DNA of 33,339 nucleotides from Bacteriovoracaceae bacterium (GCA_947442115.1 CANEVK010000001.1:1-33339), one strand, 5' to 3'. Counted from the first letter of the stretch, positions 18,553 through 27,549 are shown. The notes: a model not told the origin generated them from the sequence alone. Program-made: numbers and translations.

Positions 18553-19602
18553 GTATCCACGTTTAATTTGATCTCTTTCAATGGCATCAAAAAGGGCTTG
18601 AAAATTTCCGTTTCCAAAGCCCCAATGATTTTTTCTTTGAATGTATTCAAAAAACAATGGTCCGATATAGGTATCAGAAAAAATTTGTAAGAGATAACCT
18701 TCAGCATCCCCATCGGCCAGCAGGTTCAGACGTTCAAGCACCTTAAGATCTTCCGTCACCTTGAAAGGACGATTTGGAATATCTTCATAATATGTCGAAG
18801 GCACATTTAAGAATTTGAGATCTCTCTCTCGAAGCTCAGCAACAGTTGAAATAATATCTGGAGTCATGAGAGCAATATGCTGAACTCCTGGCCCTTTATG
18901 AACATCCAAAAATTCTTGAATTTGGGATTTTCCACCTTCTTTTTCTGGCTCATTAATAGGGATAATAATCGAGTTGTCTGCAAGTTGAACCACTTTAGAG
19001 TTGAGACCCGTTTTAGTTCCCTTGATGTCAAAATATCTTGTCTCGATAAAACCATAGGTGCGTTTATAAAAATCTACCCAATGATCCATTTGTCCTTTGG
19101 GGACATTATTTGTGAGATGGTCAATACGTGAGACTCGCATCTTTAAAGGGCGGCCCACAGGATCATTATCGATGGTTTTAAATCCTGGCCTAAAATCAGT
19201 TGAAGGTCGCTCGACAAATTCATTGATGACATCCCCAAAACCTTGAATCGAAGCGGTTTTAATGGGACCGTTTTCAGTCTGTTCTAGTTTGAAATCCTGA
19301 ATGAGTTTTGCCCCATTTTTAAGCGTGATATCTAAAGCCTTCTCAACGTTTTCGACTTGGAAAGAAATTTTACTGACTCCCTCGCCATGATGATTAAAAT
19401 ATTTTCGAGAAAGAGCGCTTGAATCTGAATCTGCCTTCACTAAAAATCGGACCTGCCCCTGAGTGTAGAGCTTTGAAGTCGTGGATTCTGCGGTTTGAAT
19501 AAATCCCAAGTTACTAAAGAGATTTACAGTGGGGGAGTTGAAGCTATCCACAGTAAATTCTAAGTGATCAATCCCTTTGAGACCCGCAGGATTTTGTGAC
19601 AT
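18547..19602 (-). CDS. hppD: 4-hydroxyphenylpyruvate dioxygenase
   Basis: NP.GL.GIDHLEF, IDHLT.NV, IPINE, SQIQEFL..H.GPGVQHIA, LLQIFS and FFEYIQRK...GFG.GNF.ALF.AIERDQ..RG. ATG 19602 follows GGAG. Confidence 0.96.
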   Translation of the reverse strand: MSQNPAGLKGIDHLEFTVDSFNSPTVNLFSNLGFIQTAESTTSKLYTQGQVRFLVKADSDSSALSRKYFNHHGEGVSKISFQVENVEKALDITLKNGAKLIQDFKLEQTENGPIKTASIQGFGDVINEFVERPSTDFRPGFKTIDNDPVGRPLKMRVSRIDHLTNNVPKGQMDHWVDFYKRTYGFIETRYFDIKGTKTGLNSKVVQLADNSIIIPINEPEKEGGKSQIQEFLDVHKGPGVQHIALMTPDIISTVAELRERDLKFLNVPSTYYEDIPNRPFKVTEDLKVLERLNLLADGDAEGYLLQIFSDTYIGPLFFEYIQRKNHWGFGNGNFQALFDAIERDQIKRGYL

Positions 19603-19656
19603 AAAAAACTCCACATTAAACGATTTATTAAATTAGTTAAAAATTACTTTTTCTCT

Positions 19657-20184
19657 TTAAACTTGTCGATAACCCTTAGGCTTTTTCTTTTGATGGGAGG
19701 CCTGTGGGAGGGTAAAGCAGTCTTCTTTAGTGATGGGTTGAAAATAATCCGCCTCTTCCACTAAAACCGCTGCCGTTGTTGATTCCACAGCGCAAATCTC
19801 AACTCGAACCCCTTCGGATTTAAGGTGGCGAACGAGTTCGACATAATCTGAATCACCCGACAGGATAATGATCGCATCAACTTTACTGGCAAGTTGAGTG
19901 GCATTAATGGTCAGGGGGATGTCCGCGGATTTATGACAAGGTCTCACAGATCCAAAATATTTACTGTGCAGTCTTTCAGCGAGTTTAGAGGAAATATTTT
20001 TTCCTTCCCGGAAATAGATAAGGCGGTTAAGACCTCGGCCATTGAGTAATCTGGGGATGAGCACATCAAAATTGATCATGAGACTACTGTTTCTGTATTC
20101 AGATTCAAGTGAGCGCTCAATATTGTTTCCATCAACTAAAACCGCCACGGACTGGGCTATATTAATAGGTGTTTTTTCTTCCAT
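19657..20184 (-). CDS. NYN domain (LabA/DUF88, PIN-like) protein
   Basis: VLVDGNN, KSADI.L, LSGDSDY..LV..L...G.RVE and ADYF. Confidence 0.9.
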   Translation of the reverse strand: MEEKTPINIAQSVAVLVDGNNIERSLESEYRNSSLMINFDVLIPRLLNGRGLNRLIYFREGKNISSKLAERLHSKYFGSVRPCHKSADIPLTINATQLASKVDAIIILSGDSDYVELVRHLKSEGVRVEICAVESTTAAVLVEEADYFQPITKEDCFTLPQASHQKKKPKGYRQV

Positions 20185-20215
20185 TTTTTAAGTCCTTGAA
20201 TTTACTTTTTGTTCA

Positions 20216-20244
20216 TTGAACATATGTTGAGAGCGGAGTATAAC
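20216..20244 (+). promoter_or_regulatory. Putative sigma70 promoter of the IOR operon
   Basis: TTGAAC-N17-TATAAC about 30 nt upstream of the ATG. Confidence 0.5.
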
Positions 20245-20272
20245 CTAGAAATATAACATTTGGGATTGAACG

Positions 20273-23200
20273 ATGGGCCATAAAATACTCAACGGAAACG
20301 AGCTTCTCATTCAGGGTGCCTTAGAGGCAGGATTTCAACTGTATACAGGTTATCCTGGATCACCTTTGGCGGATTTCTTCAACATTCTTTATGAACAAAA
20401 AGATGAGTTCCATAAAAAAGGAATTCGTGTCGTTATTGCCAATTCTGAGGCCAATGCTGCGGCCATGGCTTCCGGAGCAAAAATGGCCGGGCAAAATGTT
20501 TTAGTCGCCATGAAATCCATGGGCCTCCATGTGGCCTCCGATGCTCTTTCTGTTGGTAATTTTGCCAATCCGAGTGCCGATAAAAAATCTGGAGTGGTGG
20601 TGGCCGTGGGTGATGATCCTTGGTCGATTTCAACCTCAACCCCAGCTGACTCACGTTATTTATTTAAACATCTCCACATTCCTTTTCTTGAGCCTTCAAC
20701 TCCTCAGGAGTTAAAGGACTGGATGAGTAAAGCCTTGGAACTTTCTCAGGAAAGTTCGGTGTACGCTGGAATTCTCCTCACGACTTTTATGGCCGAAGGA
20801 GGAGGACGAGTTGAAATGGGTGAAGAGAAAGTGATTGATCAAAAACCAATGACGCTTCTTCCTCATGAGTTTAACCTCTCTGCTCATGTGATGGTTCCAC
20901 CCAATTCACTTCTTGCGGACAAGGACATGATCCTTAGACGTTTCCCACAAGTCAAAAAAGTCATTGAAGACCTCAATCTTGATCAAGAGTTTGGAAACTC
21001 AAATGCCCAGATCGGATTAATCTCCTCTGGTGCAGTCTTTGAAACTCTCAAGCAAGTGCTTGAAGAGTCTGACCTGATGCAAGACCTGGCGCTTTATAAG
21101 GCGGCGACTTGTTACCCCTTTAATGAAGCCACACTCGTTGCTTATTTAAAAAAATTAAAACACCTCATTGTCGTTGAGGAAAAACGTGGATTTCTTGAAG
21201 GTGAACTCAAAGAACTCGCTCATCGTCATGGACTTGATCTTTTGATTCAGGGTAAGGAAATAAAAACAGACCATGGTCTTCAAGAGGGCTTTCCTGCCTT
21301 TGGTGGTTTAAGTTATGAAATCATTTACGCTAAACTGACTCAATTTTTGGATCAAATTGAGTGGAAGAAATCGGGACAAACTTGCTGGGAAAGTCTTCCG
21401 TCTCCTTTGAAGTTAGATGTTCTCAGCCCCAAGCGTCTTCCCACTTTTTGCCCTGGGTGTCCTCACCGAGAAACCTTAAGTGTGATGAAGGATGTGAGAG
21501 CTTCTCTGGCCGAAAAAAATATTCAACTTATTTCTCATGGTGATGTTGGTTGTTACTCACTTTCATTCTTAGAACCTTTTAAAGAAATGCATGATCTTTC
21601 GGCCATGGGCCAAGGGGGATCTTTAGGGGCGGGGACCGATTTATTTACCACGAACCCTTCTGTGGTTCTAATGGGGGACTCAACCTTCTTTCACTCAGGC
21701 ATGACCTCTATTTCGAACTCGGTTCAAATGGGTCATAATATCACTTATATCCTTCTTGATAATGACAATACGGCCATGACTGGTCACCAAGTGACTCCTC
21801 GAACTGGAGTTTCTGTCGAAGGTCTTTCTCGACCTCGACAAAACATGCTTGATGTCGCCAAATCTCTGCAAGTGACTGAGGCGATCGAAGTCAATCCATC
21901 TGATCGCTACTTTTATAAAAATCTTTTGCTAGAAATTATTCAGCGACCTGGCGTGAAAGTGATTGTTTCAAATAAAGAATGTGGACTTACTTTTCACGGT
22001 CGAAAGAAAAGAGAAGATCGAAAAATTTTTAACAGTGGTAAAACCCAAGAAGTAAAAGAATTTTACCAAATTAATACCTTGGCCTGTGAGGATTGTCGGG
22101 CCTGTGTGGAGATGACTGGTTGTCCTGGACTCTCTCAGACAAATGATGCTTATGGCACTAAGGTCATGATAGATCCACAAATCTGTGTTGCTGATTCTTA
22201 TTGCACAAAAATTAAGGCCTGCCCAAGCTTTGAACTTGTGAAGGTTTATGATTATCATCCTACGAAGTATAAAAAAGAAAATCAGGTTCAATCAGATTGG
22301 TCTATTCAATTACCATCGATTAATAAAAATCTCGATCTTATTGCAACAGGAGAAGATTACCGCGCCATTGTTATTGGTGTCGGTGGCTCTGGTGTGACAA
22401 CAATTTCTCGTGTGATCGCAGAAGCTGCAAGCTCCATGGGCGGAAGAAATGATCTTGATTTTAAGTTTGTCGATCAAAAGGGACTGGCCCAAAGAAATGG
22501 CTCAGTGATAAGTCATTTAAGCTTATTCAAAAAAGGCAAATCCCAAGGACAAGTTGTTCCCCTGGCCTCTGCTGATTTAGTCGTATCTCCAGATCTTTTA
22601 GAAGGGTCTCGTGCGGTAGAATTTTTATCCGAGAGTGGACTTTTGATTGTGGATTCTGATTATCAAGTTCCACTTTCTATCCTTCTTGATCGTGGGATTG
22701 ATCATGAAGTGGTCACTCCTGAAGTCCTTCAAAAAGAACTACAAAAGAAGCTCCAGCAGCGTCTTATTATGGCACCGATGAAATCCATGTGCTTTGAAAA
22801 GTTTCAGCGTCCTGTCTATGCCTCGGCGATGGTTTTAGGTATCGCTTTTCAGGCCGGCAAGCTTCCCTTCGGCTTAGCAGATCTTGAAATGGCGATTAAA
22901 AATTCTGTGCCCAAAGCAGAATTTGCTCCCAATTGGGAAGCTTTTCAAATGGGCCGAGATTGGTTTGAAAAAAATAAAATGAGTCCTGTGGAAGTCAGTC
23001 AGACTCAAGCAGGACACTCGTTTGAGTTAATTACACAAAGTACGGCACTGGTGGCCTATCCATGGCAATCTCAAGAAAAGTTTAAAAACCTTCTGACAAG
23101 TTACACGAAACTTCTGGTGGAGCATTTTCCACAGCTCTCAAGATCATTTCTTGCTCAATACGTCCATGACATCATCGTTTTTGATCAGGGTAAAAGCCTG

Positions 23201-23671
23201 CCTTCTTTTTACCAACAGGCGATTGATCTCAAAAAAATCTACGAAGGTGAAGAATTGAGTCTGGCCCTAAGATTACTGGCAAAAACATATTGGATTAAGG
23301 ATGAAGTGTTTGTTTCTCACTTGATGATATCACCGCTCAAAAAATCAGTGGATGAAGCAAATTACCGGGAGCTCGGGGCGAAATTTGAAGTGGTTCATAT
23401 TAACCGACCGGCCTTTGATCTCTGGGGAAAGAAAATTGAATTTGATTTCTCTCCAAAACCTTGGATGCTTAAAGTCATGCGGCATTTACGCCTTTTACGG
23501 ATTTTAATGCCAGATTGGCATAAAAAAGAGAAGGCGATCTCAGCATCCATTCGTGAACAATTATTTAAGCAAAAACAATCTCATCATCATTTAAAAGAGC
23601 TTGATAGCATTAAAGGCTATCGTGATGTTCGCTATAAAATGGCGGATAAGTATTTAGGCAAAATATTATGA
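20273..23671 (+). CDS. Fused indolepyruvate/phenylpyruvate:ferredoxin oxidoreductase (alpha, TPP, ferredoxin and gamma domains in one chain)
   Basis: GYPGSP, VVEEKR, R.PTFCPGCPHR, GDVGCY, GDSTFFHSG...NDNTAMTG.Q (TPP), CEDCRAC..CP ferredoxin motif, GVGGSGVTT...DQKGLAQRNGSV.SH gamma domain, and C-terminal IKGYRDV. Confidence 0.92.
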   Translation: MGHKILNGNELLIQGALEAGFQLYTGYPGSPLADFFNILYEQKDEFHKKGIRVVIANSEANAAAMASGAKMAGQNVLVAMKSMGLHVASDALSVGNFANPSADKKSGVVVAVGDDPWSISTSTPADSRYLFKHLHIPFLEPSTPQELKDWMSKALELSQESSVYAGILLTTFMAEGGGRVEMGEEKVIDQKPMTLLPHEFNLSAHVMVPPNSLLADKDMILRRFPQVKKVIEDLNLDQEFGNSNAQIGLISSGAVFETLKQVLEESDLMQDLALYKAATCYPFNEATLVAYLKKLKHLIVVEEKRGFLEGELKELAHRHGLDLLIQGKEIKTDHGLQEGFPAFGGLSYEIIYAKLTQFLDQIEWKKSGQTCWESLPSPLKLDVLSPKRLPTFCPGCPHRETLSVMKDVRASLAEKNIQLISHGDVGCYSLSFLEPFKEMHDLSAMGQGGSLGAGTDLFTTNPSVVLMGDSTFFHSGMTSISNSVQMGHNITYILLDNDNTAMTGHQVTPRTGVSVEGLSRPRQNMLDVAKSLQVTEAIEVNPSDRYFYKNLLLEIIQRPGVKVIVSNKECGLTFHGRKKREDRKIFNSGKTQEVKEFYQINTLACEDCRACVEMTGCPGLSQTNDAYGTKVMIDPQICVADSYCTKIKACPSFELVKVYDYHPTKYKKENQVQSDWSIQLPSINKNLDLIATGEDYRAIVIGVGGSGVTTISRVIAEAASSMGGRNDLDFKFVDQKGLAQRNGSVISHLSLFKKGKSQGQVVPLASADLVVSPDLLEGSRAVEFLSESGLLIVDSDYQVPLSILLDRGIDHEVVTPEVLQKELQKKLQQRLIMAPMKSMCFEKFQRPVYASAMVLGIAFQAGKLPFGLADLEMAIKNSVPKAEFAPNWEAFQMGRDWFEKNKMSPVEVSQTQAGHSFELITQSTALVAYPWQSQEKFKNLLTSYTKLLVEHFPQLSRSFLAQYVHDIIVFDQGKSLPSFYQQAIDLKKIYEGEELSLALRLLAKTYWIKDEVFVSHLMISPLKKSVDEANYRELGAKFEVVHINRPAFDLWGKKIEFDFSPKPWMLKVMRHLRLLRILMPDWHKKEKAISASIREQLFKQKQSHHHLKELDSIKGYRDVRYKMADKYLGKIL

Positions 23672-25011
23672 GCAAGATTATTGACGCTGTTTCAATCGTC
23701 ATAACTTGTGGAGATGAACTTTTTGCGATTCAAAGACAAAATTTTCTTAAAGCTTTTCCAGGCTATTGGGCCTTTCCTGGGGGAAAAGTTGAGCTCCATG
23801 ATGAATCTTTTTATCAAGATCATCCCTTCACCAAAAGTATTGATCCCCGCCTATTTGGAGCGGCCGTGAGAGAAGGCAAAGAAGAGTTAGGCATTGATCT
23901 GGCCCAAGAACTCCTTCTCGGAAATATTGAACGCATTGATTATTTAGGCCTGGCAGTCACTCCAGATTTTAATCCCTTTCGTTTTGCGACGACTTTTTTT
24001 CGCTTTCACTTAAAGCAAAAATATGAATTTATAGTTGATCACAATGAGGCGAAAGTTGCCCAATGGATGAAAGCTTCAGATTTATTAAATCTGTATGCTC
24101 AAGGTCAAATCCTGGCCGTTCCACCAGTCATTAAAGTTATACAATGCCTGGGTGAGAATCCTGACCTCACGACAATCGATGATCTCAATTTTCATTATGA
24201 TCATGATAAATACGTGCCTTTTATTGAATCACTCAAATCGGTTAGGCAACTGATGCCTCTTTCCCATACGCTCCCTCCGGCCACGCGGACAAATGCCTTT
24301 CTGATTGGCGATGATGGTCCTAAAATTCTGATCGATCCTTCTCCACAAGACAAAGAAGAATACTTTAAACTTAAAAATACCATCGATCTTTTTGGTCTTG
24401 ATAAAATTCTCCTCACTCATCATCATCCCGATCATCATGAACATTCGGTGGAGCTCGCCCGAGAATATAAAGTTCCCATGTTGATGAGTGAAGATACCCA
24501 TCGAAGATTAGGCTATAAACTTCCTCATTATTTTGAAGGTGTTGAAATCCATCTCGTCAAAGAGGGGGATGTCATTACGGATTGGCTGGGAAGAAAAGTG
24601 CTCGTTTATGAGGTTCCTGGTCATGATGAAGGCCAAATAGCACTGGCCCCAGATGATATGAGTTGGTTTATCGCTGGAGATCTTTTTCAGGGAGTGGGGA
24701 CTGTTGTGATCGGTGATGATGAGGGGGATATGGCCAAATATTTTGCCACTCTTGAAAGAGTCATCGCCTTAAGTCCCAAAGTTCTTTTTCCATCCCATGG
24801 AATAGGACTTGGGGGAGTGAACATTCTTGAAAATACTCTTGAGCATAGAAAGCTTAGAGAAAAGCAAGTTCTGCATTTCCATCAGGAAGGGCTCGGTGTG
24901 GATGAGATGCTAGAAAAAATTTATGAGAAAGTAGATGAGCGACTGTGGCCATACGCTCGTAAGAATATTTCAAAGCACTTAGAGAAATTGAAGACAGAAG
25001 GATTGATTTAG
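23668..25011 (+). CDS. Nudix hydrolase fused to a LACTB2-like metallo-beta-lactamase-fold hydrolase
   Basis: N-terminal FPGGKVE...AAVREGKEELGI Nudix box. C-terminal THHHPDH, PGH, GD and PSHG MBL motifs plus a winged-helix tail (HLEKL..EG). ATGA overlap with the IOR stop. Confidence 0.88.
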   Translation: MSKIIDAVSIVITCGDELFAIQRQNFLKAFPGYWAFPGGKVELHDESFYQDHPFTKSIDPRLFGAAVREGKEELGIDLAQELLLGNIERIDYLGLAVTPDFNPFRFATTFFRFHLKQKYEFIVDHNEAKVAQWMKASDLLNLYAQGQILAVPPVIKVIQCLGENPDLTTIDDLNFHYDHDKYVPFIESLKSVRQLMPLSHTLPPATRTNAFLIGDDGPKILIDPSPQDKEEYFKLKNTIDLFGLDKILLTHHHPDHHEHSVELAREYKVPMLMSEDTHRRLGYKLPHYFEGVEIHLVKEGDVITDWLGRKVLVYEVPGHDEGQIALAPDDMSWFIAGDLFQGVGTVVIGDDEGDMAKYFATLERVIALSPKVLFPSHGIGLGGVNILENTLEHRKLREKQVLHFHQEGLGVDEMLEKIYEKVDERLWPYARKNISKHLEKLKTEGLI

Positions 25012-25032
25012 TTTTTCAAATCTGAAACGCCT

Positions 25033-25051
25033 TGTTTTAGTAACTAAAACA
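25033..25051. promoter_or_regulatory. Palindromic candidate upstream activator site (bEBP enhancer)
   Basis: Perfect inverted repeat TGTTTTAG-TAA-CTAAAACA (TGT-N13-ACA), about 100 bp upstream of the predicted sigma54 start site. Confidence 0.45.
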
Positions 25052-25112
25052 GCTGGGCCCCTGTTCAATCTTCAAGCTATCGTATTTATTTGAATTTGAG
25101 GGTTTTACTTTC

Positions 25113-25129
25113 TTGGCATTGTTCATGCT
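25113..25129 (+). promoter_or_regulatory. Putative sigma54 (-24/-12) promoter
   Basis: TTGGCATTGTTCATGCT has GG and GC separated by exactly 10 nt; consensus is YTGGCACG-N4-TTGCW. Confidence 0.6.
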
Positions 25130-25176
25130 TAGATGATTCCAAACCAAATTTTTTGGCGAAACATCTAGGAGGATTT

Positions 25177-25386
25177 ATGACAAATAAAATTTTAGTTCTT
25201 GCGATTTTTTCAGTTTTCTCAGTTTTGGGCTTTAATGTACTAAAAAATACTTCGGCTACAAAAGAGTTAGCTAAAACTCAGTTAAAGTACTCTGGTGCAA
25301 CTCAATCAGCATTTAATGATGAGTCTTTGCATGCTGGAGTCGGTGGAACATGGTCTGGTGCTGGACCTATTGGTGGCAAACGCTAA
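25177..25386 (+). CDS. Small secreted/membrane-anchored Gly-rich peptide (69 aa; candidate precursor peptide)
   Basis: AGGAGG SD before ATG 25177; hydrophobic N-terminus (KILVLAIFSVFSVLGF); C-terminal AGVGGTWSGAGPIGGKR; tandem stops TAATGA followed by a hairpin. Confidence 0.8.
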   Translation: MTNKILVLAIFSVFSVLGFNVLKNTSATKELAKTQLKYSGATQSAFNDESLHAGVGGTWSGAGPIGGKR

Positions 25387-25388
25387 TG

Positions 25389-25432
25389 ATTTGCCCCAGA
25401 TCTTAAATAAAGACCTGGGGCAAATAATATTT
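25389..25432 (+). terminator. Stem-loop after the peptide gene (terminator or stabiliser)
   Basis: ATTTGCCCCAG(A)TCTT-AAATA-AAGA(C)CTGGGGCAAAT is a long stem with one mismatch, followed by an AT-rich tail. Confidence 0.65.
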
Positions 25433-25448
25433 TAATAGGGAATGAAAA

Positions 25449-25853
25449 ATGATCTTAAAGGGATTAAATATTTTAACGGCACGAGAGTTTTTAAATTTAA
25501 TCACTGCTGTTAATTGGGGGACGGAAAAGAATTTCACCACTGATGGCCTAAATTTGGCAATTTCATCCTCGACTCAAATCTATGGCATCCGAAACGACAA
25601 TGGAGAGCTGGTCGCAATCTCAAGAGTCTTAAGTGACAATTATCTCTTTTCAACTGTTCCAGAAATACTCGTTCATCCTGATTATCAAAAAAAAGGATTT
25701 GGTAAAATGTTGATGGAGGAAGTTAAGAAAGATTTCTCCCATACCGCTATTTTTTTTGGAGCTCAACCTGGGAATGAAGGTTTCTTTGAAAATTTAGGTT
25801 TTCAAAGAGGGATGCAATCTTTTACTTCTAATAGGGAACTTCCTAAAACTTGA
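25449..25853 (+). CDS. GNAT family N-acetyltransferase
   Basis: LVAISRVLSD...ILVHPDYQKKGFGK.LM (acetyl-CoA binding motif A) and FFENLGF. Confidence 0.9.
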   Translation: MILKGLNILTAREFLNLITAVNWGTEKNFTTDGLNLAISSSTQIYGIRNDNGELVAISRVLSDNYLFSTVPEILVHPDYQKKGFGKMLMEEVKKDFSHTAIFFGAQPGNEGFFENLGFQRGMQSFTSNRELPKT

Positions 25854-27549
25854 TCTTTGCGTATATTCTATCTAACGCTAAACTGTAATCATTTGAAGAT
25901 AAGATCGTGAATGTTCCATCTTGATTGATCCCAATCAATGAAGTCCCTGAAGCCATTTTCCCGACTGAAAAGAAAGTACCTTCTTTCAGGTAGCCACCCC
26001 AGCAAGACCCTTCTTTAGTGCAAGGAAGCTTATTTAAATCAATTTTTTTAATTCTTTCTTCAAGTTCATGAATGTTTCCAATAATACCAAAGGCGGAATC
26101 GAATATTTCATTTCGAAGTGGACGCTTAGAAGCCTTGATGAGTGAGCTGTCTTTTAATTTATTTATTTCGAAATTTTCTTTGTTCTTACTCAATTGGTGA
26201 ATGTGATTCCCCACCAAAACATAATTAATATTACTGTAGAGATATCCTTTGTTGTGACTAATATCATAGAGGTTTTTCAACTCTTTAACTTTGTCATCAT
26301 AAGGCCTATCTATAAGACCACTTCGATGAAATAAAAGTTCATTCAGTGTTAACCTGGATCCATCTTTGATTATTATTTTATCGTCTCGACTGAGAAGACC
26401 TTTTTTTTCTAGCTCTAGAACTTTAATCGCCGTTATGAGCTTCGTTATGGATCCATATTCAATTTGGATGTTTGACAAATCCCTAGGGTCGACTTGAGTT
26501 ATCTTATTTGCTTGAATAATCTCTGCAAGATTGTTTTTTTCTTTCATCGCGAAATGATAAATGAGAACTTTTGAGTCCGTTTTTAAGCTCGATTGAAGGT
26601 TTTTTAAATCTTCAGGGGGTAAATAATCAGATCTTAATTTATTTGGGCTTATGGCAAGAAGAACTACGATGAAAAGTATGATGAGAGATATGATCCCCAT
26701 GATGATCTTTTTTGATAGAAGCTTCAAACGTTCTTTAGCAAAAAAAAGATCATCCTTCGTCAGAAAGATAGAATAATTAAAAATCATGACCAAAGAAAAC
26801 ATAATCAATCCGATATGAAAGGCGATTCCTATATGGATTAGTACTCCTAGTGCTAAGGGAATTAGTCTCCATCTCGCAATCGGAAGTAGTGTGAACAGAA
26901 GCAATTGGGCGATAATTGTTGAGTAAGTGAGGATATTTACGATGAGAGGAAATGTTGCAAAGAGGTCAATCAGAAGCGAACTATAGAATTTATCGATTTG
27001 AACAATATAATGGAGTGCGGTCCCATTTTGCCAAAGCGATCCAGCCATCTTTGATATGAAAGCACAGAAATAAACGATGAGGATTTGGGCCTGAATGGCC
27101 CTGACTGCAAATCCTTTAATGAGTTTGGTTGATTCCCCCCATTTTATGGGAACATCCATAAGAATGGCGTAGAAGAGGCTCAGATGCATAAGATTATTTC
27201 CGCCATCCTGTACCGTCCAGGCCTTGGCATCTAATAACCACACAAAGTACCAGAGCATAAATCTAAGTAGTAGATTTCTTCTCCCAAGAAGGAAATACAG
27301 AGCGAGGACAAGAGTTGAAAAAAAAACGAAAGGTGTTATTGAGGGATACAATGTCAAAAGGTCTAAGTAAAACGGCAGCTCTCTCCCATATACTTGACGG
27401 CTTAATATCAAGTTTTCCGTCGATCCCCATAATGATTCATATAATGGTATTTGAAAGATAAAATTGAGAATGATCCAAAGACTTGTTAACGAAGTGAAAA
27501 TATGAATTCGAAAGTCGAGATCTTTGACTTCTTTAAAGAACTTATCCAT
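25843..27549 (-). CDS. HTTM/SdpB-like multi-pass membrane protein fused to a C-terminal serine beta-lactamase/S12 peptidase-like domain
   Basis: N-terminal ~270 aa has DGGNN, Q..IVYF.A..SK..G..WQNGTAL.Y, LTY and G..IH.GI....GL..FS..M (HTTM). After another TM helix come GSITK (SxxK), LL.HRSGL and Y.YSN.NY.L.G (YxN). Confidence 0.8.
   Translation of the reverse strand: MDKFFKEVKDLDFRIHIFTSLTSLWIILNFIFQIPLYESLWGSTENLILSRQVYGRELPFYLDLLTLYPSITPFVFFSTLVLALYFLLGRRNLLLRFMLWYFVWLLDAKAWTVQDGGNNLMHLSLFYAILMDVPIKWGESTKLIKGFAVRAIQAQILIVYFCAFISKMAGSLWQNGTALHYIVQIDKFYSSLLIDLFATFPLIVNILTYSTIIAQLLLFTLLPIARWRLIPLALGVLIHIGIAFHIGLIMFSLVMIFNYSIFLTKDDLFFAKERLKLLSKKIIMGIISLIILFIVVLLAISPNKLRSDYLPPEDLKNLQSSLKTDSKVLIYHFAMKEKNNLAEIIQANKITQVDPRDLSNIQIEYGSITKLITAIKVLELEKKGLLSRDDKIIIKDGSRLTLNELLFHRSGLIDRPYDDKVKELKNLYDISHNKGYLYSNINYVLVGNHIHQLSKNKENFEINKLKDSSLIKASKRPLRNEIFDSAFGIIGNIHELEERIKKIDLNKLPCTKEGSCWGGYLKEGTFFSVGKMASGTSLIGINQDGTFTILSSNDYSLALDRIYAKIKF

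Noticed and set aside
19657-20184. NYN protein as part of a toxin-antitoxin or defence system
   Set aside because: There is no adjacent antitoxin or defence gene; stand-alone LabA/DUF88 genes are common.
25090-25176. N-terminal extension of the peptide ORF (98-aa version)
   Set aside because: The TTG start has no SD and covers the sigma54-like promoter; ATG 25177 has a perfect AGGAGG.
25843-26650. Antibiotic-resistance beta-lactamase call for the S12-like domain (and for the MBL at 23668-25011)
   Set aside because: The S12-like domain lacks the KTG motif and is fused to HTTM. The MBL has no signal peptide and is LACTB2-like. Fold membership alone does not imply resistance.
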